Positions 60,091 through 64,000 of a DNA stretch of 64,000 nucleotides are shown here, one piece after another. How positions within the stretch are numbered: the first letter of the stretch is position 1; each line of letters opens with the position of its first letter. The DNA is taken from positions 7,461 through 71,460 of the forward strand of contig JBEVDR010000033.1 of NCBI GenBank assembly GCA_040513215.1, written 5' to 3'. Both the position numbers and the translations under genes were made by a program. Under the pieces are notes generated by a model. That model searched no databases. It saw only the letters and a program-made list of their open reading frames with translations, and was not told where the DNA came from. Origin of the DNA: Microbacteriaceae bacterium. GTDB lineage: Bacteria; Actinomycetota; Actinomycetes; Actinomycetales; Microbacteriaceae.

Positions 60091-60273
60091 CAGCACTCGC
60101 TGGTTGAGTAGGCGCATCGCGCCGTATCGAAACCCGCACGCCCACTCGGCCGACGGCATGCCCACGGGCGCTGCGGCGCCCACCTCTCCGCAGAGCCGTC
60201 GGCTGTGCACAGGGGCGACAGCGGGCATGGGCGGATGCCGAGACAGCGGGCAAGCTCGTCGCGGAGGTACCCC

Positions 60274-60627
60274 GTGGCGCAGAAAGACCTGCTCGGCAAG
60301 GCCGGCGAAGAGCTGGTGGCCCGCTTCCTCGAGCGTGCCGGATACACGGTGCTCGAGCGCAACTGGCACTGCCGGCACGGCGAGATCGACCTGATCGTGC
60401 GCGACGGCGCCGAGGTCGCGTTCGTCGAGGTGAAGACCCGCCGCAGCGTCGCCTACGGTCATCCGTTCGAGGCGATCTCGCCGGCGAAGATGGCCAGGCT
60501 GCGCCGGCTCGCGGCGGCCTGGTGCGAAGGACATCCGGGGGCGCACGGCATCCGGATCGACGCGGTCGCCGTGCTCTGGCCGCGGGGTGCCACCCCCCGC
60601 ATCGAGCACCTCAAGGGCGTGTTCTGA
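60274..60627 (+). CDS. yraN: YraN family (UPF0102) putative endonuclease
   Basis: Motifs LG..GE, RNW.C..GEIDLI, FVEVKTR and RIDAV. Confidence 0.9.
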   Translation: MAQKDLLGKAGEELVARFLERAGYTVLERNWHCRHGEIDLIVRDGAEVAFVEVKTRRSVAYGHPFEAISPAKMARLRRLAAAWCEGHPGAHGIRIDAVAVLWPRGATPRIEHLKGVF

Positions 60628-62162
60628 TGCCGGTCGGGCGCACCCACTCGGTATCGCTGCTCGGTTTGCGCGGCGCCATCGTCGAAATCGAAGCCGACAT
60701 CTCGGCACAACTGCCCGCCTTCGTGATCATCGGATTGCCCGACGCCGCCCTCAGCCAGGCGCAACATCGAGTGCGTTCCGCGGCCGTGAACTCGGGATGC
60801 GGCTTCACCAGCCACCGGCTCACCGTCAACCTGTCGCCCGCGTCACTGCCGAAGCACGGGTCCGGGTTCGACCTCGGCATCGCATTGGCCGCCCTCGCCG
60901 CCGACGGCGCGATCAGCGACACCTCGATCGACCGGGTGGTGCATCTCGGCGAACTCGGGCTGGACGGGCGGCTGCGCCCGATCGCCGGTGTACTGCCGGC
61001 GGTGCTCGCCGCCGCGCGAGCCGGGTTCGAGACGGTGATGGTGCCGAGCGGCAATGCCGGCGAGGCGGCGCTGGTGCCCGGCATCCGGGTGATCGGTGTT
61101 GCGTCTCTGCGGGATGCCGCCATTTGGCACGGGGGCGAGTACCAGCCGGAACTCGTCGAACCGTGGCCGCTCCCGCCGGCAGACGAGCCGGATGACGAGC
61201 TGCTGGATCTCACCGACGTCATCGGAAACAGCGACGCGGTGGAAGCCATGCAGGTCGCCGCGGCCGGGGGACACCACGTGCTGTTGCTCGGGCCACCGGG
61301 CGCGGGCAAGACCATGCTGGCCTCTCGGCTGCCGGGGCTGCTGCCCGACCTGGGTCCGGAGGCCGCCCTCGAGGTGAGCTCGGTGCGCTCACTCGCTGGG
61401 CTGCCGGTCGGCAGCAGTCTCGCAAGGCGCCCGCCGTGGGAAGCACCGCATCACACCGCCACACCGGCCGCGTTGATCGGCGGCGGCAGCGGGCAGATCC
61501 GCCCCGGAGCCGCAGCCCGCGCCAGCCACGGAGTGCTGTTTCTGGACGAGGCTCCCGAGTTCGCCGTGACAGCCCTCGATGCCCTGCGCCAGCCCCTCGA
61601 GTCGGGCGTGATCAGCATCCACCGGGCGAACGCCGTGGCCCACTTTCCCGGCAAGTTCCACCTGATTCTGGCCGCTAACCCGTGCCCATGCGGCCAATAC
61701 GGCTCCCGCGACTCGGAGTGCACCTGCCCGCCACACAGTCGCCGCCGCTATCTGGCACGGCTGTCCGGACCGTTGCTCGACCGCATTGACATCCAACTGC
61801 GGGTACACCGCATCACCTCAGCGCAGCTGCGGTTTGCCGACGAATCGCCGCGGATCAGCAGCGCAACGGCACGGACGAGGGTCGCTGCGGCGCGGGATAC
61901 TGCTGCCGCGCGCCTGCAGGGCACGCCATGGTCGCTGAACTCCGAAGTGCCTGGGGCGTTCCTGCGGGCGCCGGCCCAGCGGCTCAGCCAGGCAGTGACC
62001 GCTCCGCTCGATCGGGCGCTCGAGCGCGGCGGTGTCACCATGCGCGGCTACGACCGCGTGTTGCGCCTGTCGTGGAGCATCGCCGACCTCGCCGGGGCCG
62101 AGCGTCCCACCGCTGAGCACCTCGGCCAGGCGCTCTGCTTTCGAAAGGCCACATCCTCATGA
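60627..62162 (+). CDS. comM: YifB/ComM Mg-chelatase-like AAA ATPase
   Basis: Motifs GLPD, VNLSPA, GPPGAGKT, PHHT, LFLDE, ANPCPCG and LSGPLLDRID. Confidence 0.92.
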   Translation: MPVGRTHSVSLLGLRGAIVEIEADISAQLPAFVIIGLPDAALSQAQHRVRSAAVNSGCGFTSHRLTVNLSPASLPKHGSGFDLGIALAALAADGAISDTSIDRVVHLGELGLDGRLRPIAGVLPAVLAAARAGFETVMVPSGNAGEAALVPGIRVIGVASLRDAAIWHGGEYQPELVEPWPLPPADEPDDELLDLTDVIGNSDAVEAMQVAAAGGHHVLLLGPPGAGKTMLASRLPGLLPDLGPEAALEVSSVRSLAGLPVGSSLARRPPWEAPHHTATPAALIGGGSGQIRPGAAARASHGVLFLDEAPEFAVTALDALRQPLESGVISIHRANAVAHFPGKFHLILAANPCPCGQYGSRDSECTCPPHSRRRYLARLSGPLLDRIDIQLRVHRITSAQLRFADESPRISSATARTRVAAARDTAAARLQGTPWSLNSEVPGAFLRAPAQRLSQAVTAPLDRALERGGVTMRGYDRVLRLSWSIADLAGAERPTAEHLGQALCFRKATSS

Positions 62163-63370
62163 GCATCCTCGGTCTGACAGAAGCCGCCGTGGCGCCGCTG
62201 GTGCGCAGCCTCACCCGCGACGACCTGGATCGCGCGGAACTCGTGGAGCGGGTGGCCCTCGCCGCCTGGACGGGCATCGCCGAACCCGGAGACCGTGACG
62301 CGGGGGAGCTGATCGCCGCACAGGGCGCTGCGGTCGCGCTTGAGGCCCTGATCGACCAGTGGCCAGCCGACCGGATCCTCGCCATGCTGACAGAGTCCGG
62401 AGTCGTGGACGCCACGGGCAGCGCGGTCACCGCGGCGCTCGACCGCTGGCGACCGCGGCTGTCCTCTGTGGGCCTGCTGCGGTCGTTGCAGCAGGCGTCG
62501 CGGCACGGGATGCGGTTGCTTGTGCCCCAGGACGACGGCTGGCCCGGCGGATTCGACGATCTCGGGCCGCACGCACCCGTGGCCCTCTGGACCAAGGGCA
62601 GGCCGCATGCCCTGCCCGCGCTTGAGCGGTCGATCGCGCTCGTCGGCGCCCGCGCAGCGACCGGCTACGGCGAAGGCGTCACCCTGGAAGCATCCAGCGG
62701 ACTCGTCGACCGCGGCTTTGCCATCGTGTCCGGCGCCGCATACGGCATTGACGGGATGGCACACAGGGCCGCGCTCGCCAGTCGCGGCGTCACGGTGGCG
62801 TTCCTCGCCGGTGGGCTCGACCGGTTTTACCCGACCGGCCACGAGGCGTTGCTGTCCCGGATGACCGAGGTCGGCATGGTGATCTCCGAGGTGCCGTGCG
62901 GGACGGCTCCGACTAAGTGGCGCTTTTTGCAACGAAATAGGTTGATAGCCGCGGCCAGCCAGGTCACCGTGGTGCTCGAGGCCGGCTGGCGGTCCGGATC
63001 GCTGAACACGGCGGGGCACGCGGCCGCCATAGGGCGCCCACTCGGAGCGGTGCCGGGACCTGTGACCAGTGCCTCATCGGCCGGATGCCACCGACTGATC
63101 CGTGAATACGACGCCATCTGTGTCACCACTCCGGACGAGATGGCGCAACTGCATCCCGGGTTCGACGAGCCGCCGGTCTCGGCTGCGGCGCTCAGCAATC
63201 CCGAGCAGCTGCGGGTACTCGACGCGCTCAGCAGCCGGTCGGCCCGCCGGGCGGATGACATCGCTGCCCGCTCGGGGTTGTCCGTCGTGCAGGTGCGGGG
63301 GCTGCTCGCCACGCTCGAGCTGGAGGGGAGGGTGACCGAACGCGACAGCGGGTGGCTGCGGCATCGCTGA
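62159..63370 (+). CDS. dprA: DNA processing protein DprA
   Basis: Motifs ALVGAR..T.YG, VSGAAYGIDG.AH, RFLQRNRLIAA and SGSLNTA; C-terminal winged helix. Confidence 0.94.
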   Translation: MSILGLTEAAVAPLVRSLTRDDLDRAELVERVALAAWTGIAEPGDRDAGELIAAQGAAVALEALIDQWPADRILAMLTESGVVDATGSAVTAALDRWRPRLSSVGLLRSLQQASRHGMRLLVPQDDGWPGGFDDLGPHAPVALWTKGRPHALPALERSIALVGARAATGYGEGVTLEASSGLVDRGFAIVSGAAYGIDGMAHRAALASRGVTVAFLAGGLDRFYPTGHEALLSRMTEVGMVISEVPCGTAPTKWRFLQRNRLIAAASQVTVVLEAGWRSGSLNTAGHAAAIGRPLGAVPGPVTSASSAGCHRLIREYDAICVTTPDEMAQLHPGFDEPPVSAAALSNPEQLRVLDALSSRSARRADDIAARSGLSVVQVRGLLATLELEGRVTERDSGWLRHR

Positions 63371-63399
63371 CTGTCGCCCGCATTGAATAGGGTGGGCGA

Positions 63400-64000
63400 G
63401 TGACCCAACTCGGCCAGTATCCGGCACCTGCCCACGTCATCGCCCACCTCAGCGATACTCACTTCCTCGGTGGAGGACGCCCTCTGCACGGCGCCGTCGA
63501 CGTCGAATCCAACCTGGCCAGGGCACTCGCCCAGCTGGAGGCGTCGGGGGTTCGCCCGGAGGCGCTGGTTTTCACCGGTGACCTGGCCGATCTGGCCGAA
63601 CCCGACGCCTACGCCCGCCTTCGCGCCTTGGTCGAGCCTGCCGCCGAGCGGCTCGCCGCCCAGGTGATCTGGGTGATGGGCAACCACGACGAGCGTGCCG
63701 CGTTCGCAAGCCTGCTACACGGCGAAGACGAAACCGACGCACCCCAGGACCGCGTCCACTGGCTGGGCGGACTGCGGGTGATCAGCTTCGACACCACCGT
63801 GCCCGGCTACCACCACGGCGAGATCACCGACGGACAGCTGGAGTGGCTGGCCGCCGAGCTGGCCACGGCCGCCCCGGAAGGCACCCTGCTCGCGGTGCAT
63901 CACCCACCCATCCCGGTGACGGTCGACATCATGGCAACCCTGGAACTGGAACGGCAGGATCGGCTGGCCGCAGTGCTCGCCGGAACCGACGTGCGCGGCA
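63400..64000 (+). CDS. CpdA/Icc-like metallophosphoesterase (runs off the window end)
   Basis: Not in the ORF track. Manual translation shows HLSDTH, FTGDL, MGNHD and VHHPP. -10 TAGGGT lies 6 nt before GTG 63400. Confidence 0.85.
   Translation, partial: MTQLGQYPAPAHVIAHLSDTHFLGGGRPLHGAVDVESNLARALAQLEASGVRPEALVFTGDLADLAEPDAYARLRALVEPAAERLAAQVIWVMGNHDERAAFASLLHGEDETDAPQDRVHWLGGLRVISFDTTVPGYHHGEITDGQLEWLAAELATAAPEGTLLAVHHPPIPVTVDIMATLELERQDRLAAVLAGTDVRG

Overview
This is 64 kb of high-GC actinobacterial chromosome; the gene content and gene order resemble Microbacteriaceae (inference). The right half is the conserved core block yceD-rpmF-rnc-mutM...smc-ftsY-ffh-rpsP-khpA-rimM-trmD-rplS-lepB-rnhB-DUF2469-yraN-comM-dprA. 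It carries accessory insertions: an EamA transporter, a BlaI/M56 pair facing cydAB plus a cydDC fusion, a GH6 glycosidase, a GNAT, two MFS transporters, an F420-type LLM, a glutamate-cysteine ligase and a TetR-map pair. The left 28 kb is an accessory region centred on coenzyme F420. It holds cofE, cofC, cofD and a putative Fo/F420-0 ABC importer, but no Fo synthase. It also holds two G6PDH-family LLM oxidoreductases, a MoxR-DUF58-transglutaminase triad and an IdeR-boxed siderophore uptake system. Divergent from the Fo importer is a reductive pyrimidine catabolism operon whose only oxidoreductase is an F420-type LLM. The best leads are: (1) a possible Fo-salvage plus F420H2-dependent pyrimidine degradation module; (2) a dispersed, apparently over-represented heptamer GGATGCC/GGCATCC that seems to override codon preference; (3) pseudoknot-like leaders upstream of rplS and rpsP; (4) tandem BlaI boxes in front of cytochrome bd; (5) a remnant of a deleted flavin monooxygenase. 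I saw no rRNA, tRNA, CRISPR array, integrase or transposase. All family assignments come from motif recognition by eye, not from database searches.
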